From contig MCFH01000019.1 of the NCBI GenBank assembly GCA_002104945.1, positions 434,001 to 498,000 of the forward strand: 64,000 nt of DNA, given 5' to 3'. This DNA comes from Piromyces finnis finn (Eukaryota > Fungi > Neocallimastigomycota). Positions 40,143 through 54,700 of the stretch are shown in pieces. Numbering within the stretch: position 1 is the first letter of the stretch; each line of letters opens with the position of its first letter. Position numbers and translations under genes: made by a program. The notes beneath the pieces are model-generated. The model worked only from the letters and a program-made list of their open reading frames with translations. It had not been told where the DNA came from and searched no databases.

Positions 40143-40721
40143 ATGAAATTCCAATCTGTTTTATTATTAGCTTCTTTCACTGCTTTAGCTCTTGCTAACA
40201 GTAATGAAATCTCTGATGCTGAAGATCTCGCCCCAGCTACTAAGGATGATATTACTGCTGATGTTCCAGCTGATGTTCCAGCTACTAATGAAGATGCTGC
40301 TGATGTAGCTTCTGAAGAAGAAAATCCAGATGTTGACGGTATTGCTCCAGGTGATGTTGATGATACCGCTGACAATGCTGACAATGCTGATGTCGCTGAT
40401 AATGCTGATGTTGCTGATGATGCTGGTGAAGCTTCTGATGATTACGGAGATGATGCTGCTAATGCTGATGCTAACTCAACTGATGCTGCTGAAAATTCAG
40501 ATGATTACGGTAATGAAGAAGGTGATGATATCAAGAATGTCGATGATCTTGATGCCGGAGACAATGCTGAAGATTCAGCTGATGATGAAGAAGGAACCGA
40601 TGGTACTTTAGCTGCTGCTGGTATTGCTGGTGCTGCTGCACTTTCATCTGCTGGTATCTTCCTTTGGGTTAAGAGATCTAAGAAGGATTCATTAGAAAAC
40701 AGTCCATTAAACATGGCCTAA
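40143..40721 (+). CDS. Acidic anchored surface protein, diverged paralog (192 aa)
   Basis: Same signal peptide type and C-terminal ~55 aa as the 206-aa protein. Contains GEASDDYG and AENSDDYG. Divergent from copy 4. Confidence 0.88.
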   Translation: MKFQSVLLLASFTALALANSNEISDAEDLAPATKDDITADVPADVPATNEDAADVASEEENPDVDGIAPGDVDDTADNADNADVADNADVADDAGEASDDYGDDAANADANSTDAAENSDDYGNEEGDDIKNVDDLDAGDNAEDSADDEEGTDGTLAAAGIAGAAALSSAGIFLWVKRSKKDSLENSPLNMA

Positions 40722-40944
40722 GTGAAATAAACCACTTTTAAAAAATCTTTTTTTTAGTTAGTAGTTTTTCTAAATTAGAGTTCAAAAAAAAAAAAGAAAT
40801 AATTTAAAAAGAATATAACTAAAAGAAAAAAAATAATTTTTAAAAAATGTATAAACAAAAAATGTAAAAAAAAAAAATTAATTGTATAAAAATAATTATT
40901 TACTATCAAAAAAAGTTAAATAAAATCTAATTTTTATTTAAAAA

Positions 40945-41181
40945 AAAAAGCTTTATATACATAATAATTTTTTTTATTTACTTTATGGGTAAATTATATA
41001 TTTTCTTTTTTTAATTTAAATATTAAATAAGATAAAAGTATGATCTTGTAAGTAGGATGTTCAAAAAGCTTTATATACATAATAATTTTTTTTATTTACT
41101 TTATGGGTAAATTATATATTTTCTTTTTTTAATTTAAATATTAAATAAGATAAAAGTATGATCTTGTAAGTAGGATGTTCA
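40945..41181. repeat. 118-bp direct tandem duplication
   Basis: GCTTTATATACATAAT...GTAGGATGTTCA occurs at 40950 and 41068. Confidence 0.85.
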
Positions 41182-44100
41182 GAATAATTACAAGTAGTTG
41201 ATGTCTGATATTTTAATTCTATTAGATATTAGTAAATGTATAAAGATATTACATAATATAAACAACAAACACAAGAATAATTACAAGTAGTTTGATGTCT
41301 GATATTTTAATTCTATTAGTAAATGTATTCAATGTATTTGAATTTTCTATAAAAGAATTACTTACACTTCAGATATTACATAATAAAAACAACAAACACA
41401 AAGTTTTATCTTCAACAATCCTTTTTCTTTTTCTTTTTTTATTTTATAATGTTCATCTAATCTACAAACTATTCTCAAAATTCTTTCAATAATGATTTAA
41501 CAATTTTGTCAACTCTCTAAATTTAAGATTATTAAAATAATAATTCTATTATTATTTCGATATGAAATATACCATTAGTAATAATAATAGCATAATAAAA
41601 ATCTTTTATCTTTAAAAAGTAAATGAGATAACTATTTTTCTTTTTGCTTTATTTGGAATACTAATAGGTGTAATCATAAAGGTAAAAAAAATAACACTGA
41701 ATATTTTATCAACAATTTTATGAACTTTTAATTTTTTTTTTTTTTTTTTTTTACTTTTTTTCAAGAAACTAATAATAGCAATGACTGAAATACAAAAAAA
41801 AAAGTAGAATCTACACCATATTACTCTTAAAAACCTTAAATGATTTTCTAAAAAATTGATGTTTCTATTCTTGACCAGAAACTTTCCACTTATCTTTTCC
41901 ATCAATTCTTATTAATTATTTTTATCTTTTTTAGTTAAATCACCCAACTTATTATCTACTAATGAATGAATGAGATGATTGAAAAATTTCTTTTACTCAA
42001 AGATTTATCTATCTTTAGATAATTCAAAGATGAGGAAATTCTTTATTTTGTAGTCCATTAATTGACTTATTATCTTAAATATCTCCTTAATAATTTTCTT
42101 TTTTGTGGATCGAATGATTTGAGAAAAAAATATTATTTAAAAGGCTAATGATTGTACCTTCCACAAAAAAAAAAGTTACATTCATTAATTTTCAATAAAT
42201 ATTCAACAATGATAATTCATCCTGAAATACTACAATCACAAAACGAAAAAAAAAATCATATATTTTGTTTAAACTAGACAATTCATTTCAATTACAATGA
42301 TCCTATGTTGAAGTTCTTATTCCATTCAATAGAATATTATCACTTAAAACTAGTTATTAGAATTTTTTTTAAAATTTATAAAAGAATAATATTTTCATTT
42401 AATTTTTCAAAATATAATCCCAATAATAAATTATAAAGTTGTTTTTTTCCTTTTATCATTATATATACTTTTATACTTTTAATTCAAAAATCGTTTTAAA
42501 TATTTTATGTTTTAATGCCTTGAAAAAGGAAAGAAAAAAAAACTTTAACAATACTAATTTATTAGAATGAAAAAAAAACCCTTTACAACACTTTTTAGAT
42601 TTCCATTTTTAATGATATTAAAGAATTTCATACCAAAATCGTGTCTTTTAGTTATTAACTAATATTAATCAATAAAGGTATCAATGTTAAAATGCTAAAA
42701 AAAAAACAATCAAGTTAGGTCTTTAAATTAAATGTGAAAGACTATCAAAATACATTTTTTTGTTGTCTTAATAATAAAAAAAACTAATAAATAATAAATA
42801 TATGAAAATATAAAATATAAATATTGTTTTATCCTTGGTAAAAAGTATATATATATATATAAATAGTTGAAATATTGTTTTTCCCTTTTATGTTAAAATA
42901 ATAATAAATTTAAAAAAAAAAAAAAAAACATGATCTTTAAAATTTCCTAAAACTATGGAAGTAGAAAAAAATGTTTATATGATATCTTCTAGTTTTTGAC
43001 AATAAAAAAATTAGATAAATATGTATATATTATAAATATTAAATACTAAAACTTATAAATTAATAGATCTTAAAATGTCACAATACATCATGAAAAAAGA
43101 ATATTTAAAAAAAAAAATGTATTCTTAGTTTAAAAGAATCTAAATTTCTTTACAATATTACTTATGAAAATATGCAAAAAGTGCATCATAAAAATAAAAA
43201 CAAAAAGCATGTGCCATAATTAAAAGAATAGATGCATTGTAATGGGGGACATGCTGCGAAAATAACAACAACCTATTATTTTTTAATTTATTCTAAAGTA
43301 AAAATATAAATCACTAGAATATATATTTATATATTCTTTAAATATTTTAATCATTTTTTTTAATATATTAACTTTTTTTGAAAATAAGATGATAATAAAA
43401 TATTGTTTCATTTTTATTATTATTATTTTTATATAAATACATAATATATTTTAAAATAATTTAAAAGCTAAAAATAAACTTTTTACTTAAAGTCTAAAAT
43501 GTTAAAAATGTATCATTATCCACAGATCATAAACCTTAAAACTTTGCATAATGTGTTAAAAAAACCTTTTTTTTTTTTTAAGATTTCAATAGTTAAAAGG
43601 GTTACAAATGTTTCCATATATTATTTTTTTTATACTATTTTTTTCAATTTGGATAATTTAATATGATACATATTAGAAAAAAAAAAAAGGTTAAAATAAT
43701 AAAAATAAAAAAATACCCTTAATGGTTAAATGGATTATTACTTTAGTTTAAATAATACATTAATAAAGATATGAATATCTTTTCTATATAAGTAAAAGTT
43801 AAGACGAATGTCCTTAATAATATTATATATTTGATCTGCTATCTGCTTATTATTAAAAAAAATTAAAAAAAACTTTGAATATGTGTATAAAAATAAAAAT
43901 ACTTTTTTTCTTTTTTTTTAGAAGCTTTATTTTTAATAAAAATTAAAACTTTAAAAAAAAATAATATTTTATATTTATGAAAAAACTTTATTTTTAATAA
44001 TAATCACTAAAATAATTATATTCCTAAGGTATCAATATCAATATTATTATATTTAAAAAAAGAAAATATTATAAATTGGATAATTTTTTTTTAAGTTTTT

Positions 44101-44212
44101 ATTTACTATTAATAATATTAATAATGTTTAATATTTATATATTATATGTAATGTACCTTTCATAATAATTTTTTTTTAATCTTATTAATAATACAAGAGG
44201 AGAGGAAAAAAA

Positions 44213-47089
44213 ATGTTAATAAGGATAATACTATCACTTATATTACTATCAAGAATATGTAAAAATTTAAATCAAACATAATATTGTATCTATGTACTAT
44301 AGGATATATAATGAATATTCATTTGTATTTCGTCATAATATAACTTATTATTATATATATTATCTATATTTATACATTTATACATTACTTTAAATAGATG
44401 TTGTGGTATACGGAATAACAGTAAATTTTTATACATTTTCATATGAAGATAAATGTGAATATTTGGAAGAAATAACCAACGATTTTAATGACTATTCTAA
44501 AAAAAATGGTTTAGACATTCATCTTAATAGAATTTTGCTATCACCAAGAAATATATCAGTATATGTTAATGATTATGATTCAACTGTAGAATCTATATTA
44601 AAAAAAAAAAATAAATCGTATGACCTTTTCATGATTAGTGCAGTTTATACAAACTTTTTTGATCCATATGTAGAAAATTTAAGATATTATGTATCAGAAG
44701 AAACTTTGGAATCCTATTTACATGGCATATCCTCTTCTTTGGGCATTATTAACGATAAAATAATAGGATTAGTAAATATATATTTATATATATATATTTT
44801 TTATTATTATTGAATATATTTATGTATTTATTCATAAATAAAATATTAATTTTTCATTTTACACTAAATAAATTATGATTTATTTAAATTAATCCTTTCA
44901 ATTATAATAATAATAATAATAATAATAACGACGACAACAATAATAATGATATTTATATAAGCCATTATACTTAGAAGTTGGTGTATTTTATTCTAATAAA
45001 GTATTACTTGAAAAATATAATAAAACAATACCTCAAACATGGAATCAACTTATTGATACAGCATCCTATATTCTAGAAGAAGAGAAGAAAATAGGAAATA
45101 ATGATTTAATTGGTTATTTGGGATACTTTCCAGGTAAAATATTCATCCAATAAGAAAAATTATAAATAATACATATATCTTTTTTGTTTGTTTGTTTGTT
45201 TGTTTGTTTGATAAATCTATAAATAATCATTTTTTAAAAAATAGAATAGTTGTCTATTTAAAAAATTAAAATATTTTATCATGATAAACTTAATAATATA
45301 TAATTAATTATATATATAATTAATTTATAAATATCAGAATCTGAAGGAATTATCGGTTCATTTATAGAATTTTTAAATTCATTTAGAGCTTCCTATGACA
45401 TGGGTTTACCAAGTTTTAATAGTCAAAATGCTATTGATGCCTTAATAAAAATAAAAGAAATAAAAGATAGTATTTCTTCAGGTATTAAAAAATGAATATA
45501 ATAAAATAGTCTTATTTTTTTTTTTTATCAAATTTATATTTTATTTTTGAAAATCGTTTATAGATAATACTATATAGAATATTTTAATAAATAAAAAAAA
45601 AAACATTATTTGTTTCTTTTAAAACTTTTTTTTAAATATTATTAATAAAGATGCCAATTTTAGGTGTTCTGAAGGTACGTTAACGGAAACTCTATCCAAA
45701 GGAAATACTATTTTTGGTCGATATTGGAATTTACCTTTGAATGATTTATACCATATTACAAAATTGCCTGGAGCAAAGGATGACATCTCCTCCTCTTTTT
45801 TTAACGGTTATTATTTAATTATGAATAAGAATATTGATGAGGAACATAAAAAGGCAACGGGTAAAGTTATTGATTTTATATTATCGAAAAAAACCCAATT
45901 GAAATATTTAAATAAGTTTATGAAGTATAGTGGAATGTCAGAATTATATAATAGTGAGGAATGTAATGAATTGTATTGTAATGTGTTCAAGAGTCTTCAA
46001 TTTGTAAAAAATGAAAAAGATATCATTAAACGGTATAACGAATGCAATAATCAAATTAAAAATTATATTAATGAATATATTTACGGGAATTCCAATACTG
46101 CCGAGGATACCTTAAAACATATAGATTATATCTATACCATCTATGATATTGCATACGATTCCTCTGTAGGAAAAACGATAACGGCTTTAATGATTATTGC
46201 CATCTATATCATTCTTATTTCATCCTTTTTACTTTGTGTTCGGAAATACAATATATTTTTAAAAATATTTAATAAAGATTATTGGATTGTGGCCATATCG
46301 GGTTTAATGCTTAGTATCTGTTACGGATTTTTCGCATTAGGAAAGGTTACCCTATTTAAATGTCAAACAAAGACGGTGGTAGCTTTATTTTGTACTTCTC
46401 TCTTTTACTTCCCATTACTTCTTAAATTGATTATTAATTTCCCAAACGAAAATAAATTCTCTCGTTTTATAAAAACCTATAGTACTCGAGCATTACTCGG
46501 AGTATTGTGTATCGATGCGATGACCATGTCTGGAATTTATTTCTATCCACCGTACGAGGTGGTAGAGGAATACATTGAAGATGGAATGAATTACAATGTT
46601 TGTAAATTAAAGGATGATCATGTCACGATGTATATCTATTCATTAATAGGTGTACGACTCCTGATATTTTTATCAGTTGCCTTTTTAACTTTTGTGGAAT
46701 GGAATACCGAAAGAATCTACAGAGATATACGAACCATTTCAGTTATTCTTTATGTTACCCTATTATTAGCTATTCTTTTATTAATAATTAATATTATAAA
46801 AGTTAAAGATATATATTTCAATATAATCTTTAAAGTTATGATCAGTATTTTATATGCATTAGCCGACTTTTTTGTAATATTTTGGTTGTATCTATATCAA
46901 TCCATGACCGATATAAAAGCCCTCAGTCAGGAAATTATCATTAAAAAAAGTATATTTAAGGAACCATCAATAAAACGAGTGTCAAGATCAAGATCAAAAA
47001 GAAAAACCTTTAAAGATAAAATATTAGAATTACACTATTCATCCAACAATATTGTTAGATATGACATTGACAATACCAATACCACCACT

Positions 47090-47122
<33 letters not shown>

Positions 47123-47206
47123 CTAGGAACAGAAATCGTATTATACACCAATTTAATTTCATCTGATCAAGTAACAGATATATCCGTTGATTCCGAATCA
47201 AAATAA
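44213..47206 (+). CDS. Extracellular solute-binding-protein domain + 7TM (class C-like GPCR), 5 exons, ~763 aa
   Basis: Exons 44213-44258, 44398-44771, 44962-45133, 45338-45481 and 45651-47206 have GT-AG boundaries and consistent phases. SBP-like motifs YDLF..S..Y, IGLPLYLEVGVFYSNK.LL.KY and PQTWNQLI. Multiple C-terminal TM helices. Confidence 0.85.
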
Positions 47207-47544
47207 ATTATATTTAATAAAAAGGAAAAAAAAAAAAAATTAAAATTCATCTCTATTTATATATTTATTCTTAATATTCTTACATACATTATTTATATCG
47301 TAAGTAAATATAAATTTTTAATTTATTATTATTATTATTATTATTATAATTTATATATTAATTTTCATCTTCTTTGTATTTTTTATTTTTATACCTGAAA
47401 ATATATAATAATAATAGTAAATCATTTTTAAGCAATTACCCTTGAATAGTTAAATCAATGGACATTGTTTTTTTTTTTTTTTTTTTTTTAATAGTGAATG
47501 AAACATTAGTAGTGGTTGTTAATATTATATCCCTATAATGTAAC

Positions 47545-47575
<31 letters not shown>

Positions 47576-47762
47576 TTTTCTAATGATTCTATAATTACAT
47601 ATTTATAAAATATATATATGCATATATTCTTGAATTAATAGATTCTAAAGTGTGTCGTCTTTTAGTAATTTATCTAAATAAATAAGGCATTTAATGAAAA
47701 TAAATATATATATATTTTTTTTAATGAAAATGATCATTAAAAAAAAAAAATACTATAATAAA

Positions 47763-47794
<32 letters not shown>

Positions 47795-48142
47795 GTATCC
47801 TATATGCTATATGTATTATACCTTTTTTAAAAATTAATAAAGAAAAAATTTTTAAAATGAAAAAATAATTATAGATATTAAAATGTTTTTTTTTTTTTTT
47901 AAATTTTATTAAAATAACTAAATTCTATAATAAATAAATAATAAATAAAAGAGTGTGAATTGTAGAATACATGAATCGTCGAATCATTGAGAATTTATTG
48001 CACTTTAAAAAATAGAATAAAAAAAGTGTGTTAATTGTCTATTGTCAATCGATAGAAATATAAAATTTTGAAAAAAAAATTTTTTTTTTTTGTTTTTTGT
48101 TTTCTACAGTAATATCATTTTTGTAATTAATAACAAAAGAAA

Positions 48143-48837
48143 TTATTTAAAAAGGAATTTATTTTGTATAGGTAAATCCTTTGAATAATACGAAGTAGCA
48201 TTTTCATTTGTTGGCGAAGAAGAATTAAAAAGTTTCAAATAATTTTTACTATTAAAAGTACTAAAACTTTGACTTTTGTATCTACGATAATTATTACTTG
48301 TAGTATTGTCTATAAATAGATCATCATTCAATTCATTTGAAGTGGTTGTTGTCGTCATCATTGTCGTATCCATGGTGGTCCCTTTGGTATAAGGTAATAA
48401 ATTTTTGAGCCAATCAAAAAAGTTAAATGTATTATTTTTTCTTATAGCAACATACCCAATAAGATCACTATTATTTGAATATTTACTTGTATCAATGGCA
48501 ATTCCCAATTTATTATTATGCTTAATATAATTAATTCTAGTACCAACCAAAATATGGATACAAATACAACAAAGAAGAACGAAAAGTATAGATATAATAA
48601 GAAAGTGGAAAGTATATCCTTTTGTTGATAAATAAATAAAAACTTTTACAAATACAAAGTTAGCAACATTAAAAATAATTATTGCATATATATAGTTGAT
48701 GCTTCCAAATTTTGTTGAAACTCTTCCAGTCTGTATAGCAATAGCTACTAAAGCAATAAACTAAAAGTATTTTTTTTTAATAATTTATTTTATAAAAAAT
48801 TTTTGTAAAAGAAAAGTTTTATATTTTTAATTTTGTT

Positions 48838-48876
<39 letters not shown>

Positions 48877-50908
48877 TATAAATATAAAAAAAAATAAAGA
48901 AAATAAAGAAAAAAGAAATTAGAATATGGATAGTTAATATTTAAAAATGTATATAGAAATATATTAAAAATAAAATAACACATCAAAAATAATAAAAAGG
49001 TTTCCTTACACTAATAAATAAATAAATATCGTCAATACGGTTAATGATTTTATTATTGGCATTAAAACAATAGGGTAAACGAGATTGTACAATATAACCA
49101 AACGACATATAATAAAATTCATCAGATATAAACATAATGACTTTATATATCAAGGTGACTAAAATTACTGAAATGATGATTATAAAGAGACGTTTATTAT
49201 TTAAATCCATCATTGAGACAGTGTCCGATTTAATAATATAATAAATACGAAAAGTGACAGCCAGCATTGGTACAATAATAAAACTTGCAGAAATTATTTC
49301 ATAAACAGATAAAATTTTACATTTTAAAATAAAATAAGGGGGCAGTAACATCAGAGGTTCTATCATACTCATAATATACCCAAAAATAATCATTACACAG
49401 AATATTGGTGAGATGACCTTTATATAAGGATGTTTATTAAACCTGTGTATATAATAGATAACAGATAAGGAATAAAGAATACCGATCGTTGTCACGATAT
49501 AAATAATATTAATATAAAAATCAATTCCGGTAGTGGATAATTCCTTAACATTTTTAAATACTGATATTGTTTCGTCTAACGTGTAATTTCCAGTGATAAA
49601 TTTCTTAATGACACTTGGCAAAAGAAGTCTTGTTTCAAATAAAGGTGGGCTATACCTGGATTGAAAAATGTCCTTTACATAGATTTTATTTAAATATTTT
49701 AGATTTTGACAATTATTTTCGAAATCTTTACAATACGAGGTGAATATTTTGTCATTTTCTACATTAAAATCATAGGTAGGTATACTACCAAAAGTTTTTG
49801 CTCTCAAATATTGTATTTCTTTTGAAGTGAGTTGAAGTGCCACCTCTGTCAATATCTTAGGATCAATCTTACTATGTTTATTAATAACAAGAAATTTTTC
49901 AGTGAGGGTACTAGTATACTTTGGAGGTAAAGTAAAAGCTATGGAAGTATTATAATTCTTGTTAAGGGCATTAAAATGATTATGGTGAGAAGCTTTCCCT
50001 CTAAAAAATAATGTCTCCTTCTTCATAAAGGAAGTATACACGTCATCCAAACTGACCCTAAGAGTTTTATTATAATTATTATCTGTATATGTATTTATAA
50101 AATCTTTAAAAGAATTCAATAGATATTTTGCGGTTCCATTGTAAAAGACGTTATAGAAAGATTCATCCAAATCCTTGGATAAATTATATTTATTATTTGT
50201 ATATTCTAAAAAAAGATTTAATACATCATCTTCATCACCAAGGGCTATATAAAACGGTTCCTTGGATTGAAATCTTGATAGTAATAATAGTTCATCCCAA
50301 GTTAATTTATTCATCATGTCTACAATAGCTTTTGCTTTTTCATTTGTTGTATGATAATATAAATAGTCAAAATCAAGTTCAAAAGGTAAGCCGTATATCT
50401 TATCATCAAGTTTACCATCATTTAGTAGTCTTGCATCATGGTATTCCAAGACACTTTTATCCTTTATAAAAGGTGTCATATCCAATAAATGATCTCTTGT
50501 TGGTGTTCTGCTTTTATAATATAATTCTATACTGTCACATTCTATCAATGCGACATCATTAAATAAATAACGGTCATCTAGAATCATCATATCAATAGTT
50601 GAGTTTCCCCAATGAGTGATAGCTTCTTTTATAAATTCTAAATATTCTGATGTATGATCTATATTGATAGGTAAATATTCATAAAAATAGAGTTCAACCT
50701 TTACATTTTTTAACTCTGGATTATTAACATTATGAGTAGTTAAGTATTCATTTATTAAATCTTCATATTTTTGTTCCCAAGACAAAACATCAAAAGCATT
50801 TTGCATATCAGGTTGTTTTAAAAAAATGGCTATATTTTGAGCATAGACATTGACTAATGAATAAAAAAGTAAAACAAGAGTAGTGAATGTTGTGTAATTA
50901 AATAGCAT
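48143..50908 (-). CDS. Solute-binding-protein domain + 7TM (class C-like GPCR), 2 exons (50908-49010, 48760-48143), ~838 aa
   Basis: Signal peptide. SBP motifs IDMMILDD and IYGLPFELDFDYLYY. A phase-0 GT-AG intron joins the exons. Seven hydrophobic segments can be counted. Confidence 0.85.
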
Positions 50909-51678
50909 TTTGGTATAATTGATTTAAACTATTTATATTTATGGTTATATACATATTAAGTTGAGTTGGAAAAAAAATGGAATTAGATAAAAAAAAAAAA
51001 AAAACGAAATTACAAATTAATAAGGTTTTATTATTTCAATTGAAAATGTTTTTAGGGTTAATGTCGTTTTATTATAGATATATTTCGCAATATACATTTA
51101 ATGTATATTTAATAATAATGGACTGAAATTGAAATTTTAATTTTTTTTTTCTTTATTATGAATATTATTTATTATTTTCTTTTAAAAAAAGGTAATACTA
51201 TATTTTACACATATATATATATATAAAATACATTTTTGTATTTATTATTTATTTTATTTTTTATTTCATTCTATTGATTTCCCCTTCAAAATGTGAAAAT
51301 GTGAAATGTAAAAAAAAAAAAAAAAAAAAAAAAAGCCAACATGGTGTTTATTTTAAATCCTTTAGAAAAAAAAATTTTTTTTCCACTGAATGATCTACCT
51401 ATAATTTAATATAATTTTAATTAATAAATTTCATTTACAAAACAAAAATTCAAAACAAAAGTTGGAATTTTTAATAATAATTAAAGTTTTCTCTTTTTTT
51501 TTCCATTACACAAAATAATTAAAAAAAATGAATAAAATTGGTAATAAAAGAAGAAATCGTTATTGAATAAAAATAATGGAGAGAGAGTGAATAAAATAGT
51601 CTTTTATTATTATTATTTCTCTTTTTACATTTAATCAACTATGAAATTGTCATGATTAATAATAACCATTTTTACTAT

Positions 51679-51683
<5 letters not shown>

Positions 51684-51717
<34 letters not shown>

Positions 51718-54700
51718 GGCATCAAATATTTTAAACTTTATTATTAATTTAATTAAAATTATAATACATGTAATATAAAAATTAAAATAAAATAAAAATA
51801 AAAATAAAAAAAATATGTCTAAATAAACACAAATGAATAAAAATTGGGTATAATGTATTCTAGTAATTTTAATTAAAGTAAGAAAGCCACTATCATACTA
51901 AAGTATAATAATTGTATTTGACTTCCAATGGGACACCGAGCCAAAGATCAAAATTTTGTCATGGAACAAAATTATGATCTCCATTGGTTGCGCTGGCCCT
52001 CCTGGCCTGTCTTACTGTTTCTTCAGCATTGACGCTCTTGGATGTTGCTTCAAACCTTTTGAACATTGACCATTGCTGGCCAATAGCAAAAGGCATGATT
52101 TTGGTTAGAAGTTCCGCGGTTACCGTCAAGAATGGTGTTCCTTCATTAGTACCAGATTGAATCTGACGCTTACAAAGTTCTTTCCATTCCCTTGAATTGT
52201 AATTAATATTGTTAAAACTTCTTCCCCCAAGAAGGAATTTAAATATTTCACTGCACACACTAGAATAATCATACACATTAATATTCACCGGATTATTAGA
52301 ACTATTACTATCATTAACTAAATTACTATCTAAATTAGAATTATTATCTTCACTATTGCTATCATTACTAATATTATTATTTCTATTATTGTTATTATTA
52401 CTATTGTTACTATTACTATTGTTATTACTACTATTGTTACTATTACTATTAATGTTATTACTATCTCTACTGATATTAACATTTTCATTATTATTGATAG
52501 GACTATTGGAATTACGTTGACTGAAAAAATTTAATAGCTGGACTATGGAATCATAATGTTTAATACGGATATCTCTAAATGTTGGACAATCTAATAACCA
52601 ATGTTTAATACTTTGATCTCCACACTTGCAACATGGACAGTAGTTAGGACAAACTGGATCAACAAATTTGGCAGCTTTGGCAACTCTAGCATCCAACTTA
52701 TATCCGCTTCTTGCTTTCAATAGCCAGTAGAAGCCATAGGCAAACTCTGGGTATTCATAACATAATTTAATAAAATCTTTAGTTTCACTAAATTTATTAT
52801 CGTCATAATATTGCGCTTTGATTGAATTCCCTTTGAGATCTTTCCAATAAAAGTTTTTAACTGCTTTAACATCTCCATGTTTCTTTAGTTTTTTATCAAG
52901 TGTCCTACTTGATTTGCACCACGTGTATTTTCTAAATTTAGGAATGTAATTGACAAGGTGTGAGATAATACAATTTGAGTTTTTCCATTTGTTAAAACAT
53001 CTAACCTGAGCTAACGCACATTTGGCTGACAATGGAGGAATATTCAAATCTTTTGAAATAGAGTATAAAGATATAAACGATACAGCTTTATGAACTCCGG
53101 CAACCCATCGTATTCCTTTGTTAACATGCTTCTGAGCAATCCTAGACCTAGCTTTGTTGGATCCAAGTAATGGTGCAAAGTATGAAACTCTGCTAATCAC
53201 TTGTGAGTTAAGTACTAGTTTTTTGAAAGGAATAGGAATATTAGGATTTCTTAAGAATTTACTGACTGAGAAAAGCCCTTTCAAAACCTTGTTATTAAGA
53301 GCTTTAATTACTGGTTTAAGGGACAGATTCTTATCAAATGGAACACCAAGATAAGTATAACAATCAGTAGTTGGAATGGGTTGTCCTGCTAAGTAAAATG
53401 TTGGATCTCTCTTGTTCTGATTTTCTATTGATTCAGGACGAATCACCATCGTTGAACATTTCTGGATACCAAATTCCATTTCATTATACAATGCCCATTC
53501 ATTAACTCTTCTAAGCATCTTTTTTAAGCATCCTCTTGTTGGAGCACAAATAACTATATCATCTGCAAAAAGTCCACCACAGCATCGAGTGTCACCTAAA
53601 CTGACTCCTAGATCTTCGCACTCTTTAAATATATCATTAATAAAGAGATTAAAGAGAATAGGAGAAAGAGGGCATCCTTGACGGACTCCTTTCTTCACAT
53701 CAAAAGATTTCGAGAATTGACCATCTAATTTGACATTAGCCTTAGATGTTAAATATAAATTTTTGATGAATTGTAAACTCTTACCTCGGATTCCTAAACA
53801 ATCTAATTTATGGAGAATATTACCGATTGGGACTGAATCGTATGCTTTCCTGAGATCTAAAAAGGCCAAATATGTCTCTTTATTATCTAATTGACGTCTA
53901 CGGCATATTTCTTGGATTGAAATGAAAAGACTGATACTTTCTTCCTTTTTTCGAAAACCAAATTGTTCAGGTCTAATGAAATTATTCTTTAGACCATATT
54001 CTGAAATTCTAGTGGTGACAATTTTGGAAATCAACTTAATACCATTATTGATAAGTGATATACCTCGATAGTTATCACAATCTGTCAAATCTCCCTTCTT
54101 AGGAATAGAAACAATACTGGATTCATTCCATGAGTTGGGGAAGTCTCCATCCCAAATACGGTTAAATAATTTAAGAATAAAATTTAAACCATGAGCGTCA
54201 TTATCTGAAGTGGTATTACCAGAAGAATTATTATCTGTAGCATTATTAGAATCATTACTTGATGGAATTAATGCTTTGTAAAATTCAATTGGAATACCAT
54301 CCGGACCTGATGCTTTATAATTTGGAGTAGAGAGGATAGCTGACTTGACTTCATCAATACTAATATCTTGGTTGATATTCCACTCATCAAGCATAGGAAG
54401 TGAAAAACGTTTATTCGTTGGTTCTTCATACCAATGCTCCAAATCAAGACTTACACCACTTGGATCTGATGCAAGGTTTTCGAAATGATCATGCCACACA
54501 TCTAGTTGTTCTTCCGTAGTAACAACTAATTCTCCATTTTTATTTTTAATTGGTTGAGCAATAAAGAAAGAGTCTTTTCCAATTTTTGCAGTTTTCTTGA
54601 TCCATTTCCAGGCCTTCTTAGGATTATGACTCTTCATATACTCACATCCTGTTTTAATCCAATGAAGATATTCTTGCTTCCTAAATTCATTACATCTTTT

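Noticed and set aside
41400-42440. Purine-skewed minus-strand stretch with a YGVDSTFF fragment, possibly a decayed transposase
   Set aside because: It is riddled with stops and I can support no alignment by eye. A TBLASTN or HMM search would be needed.
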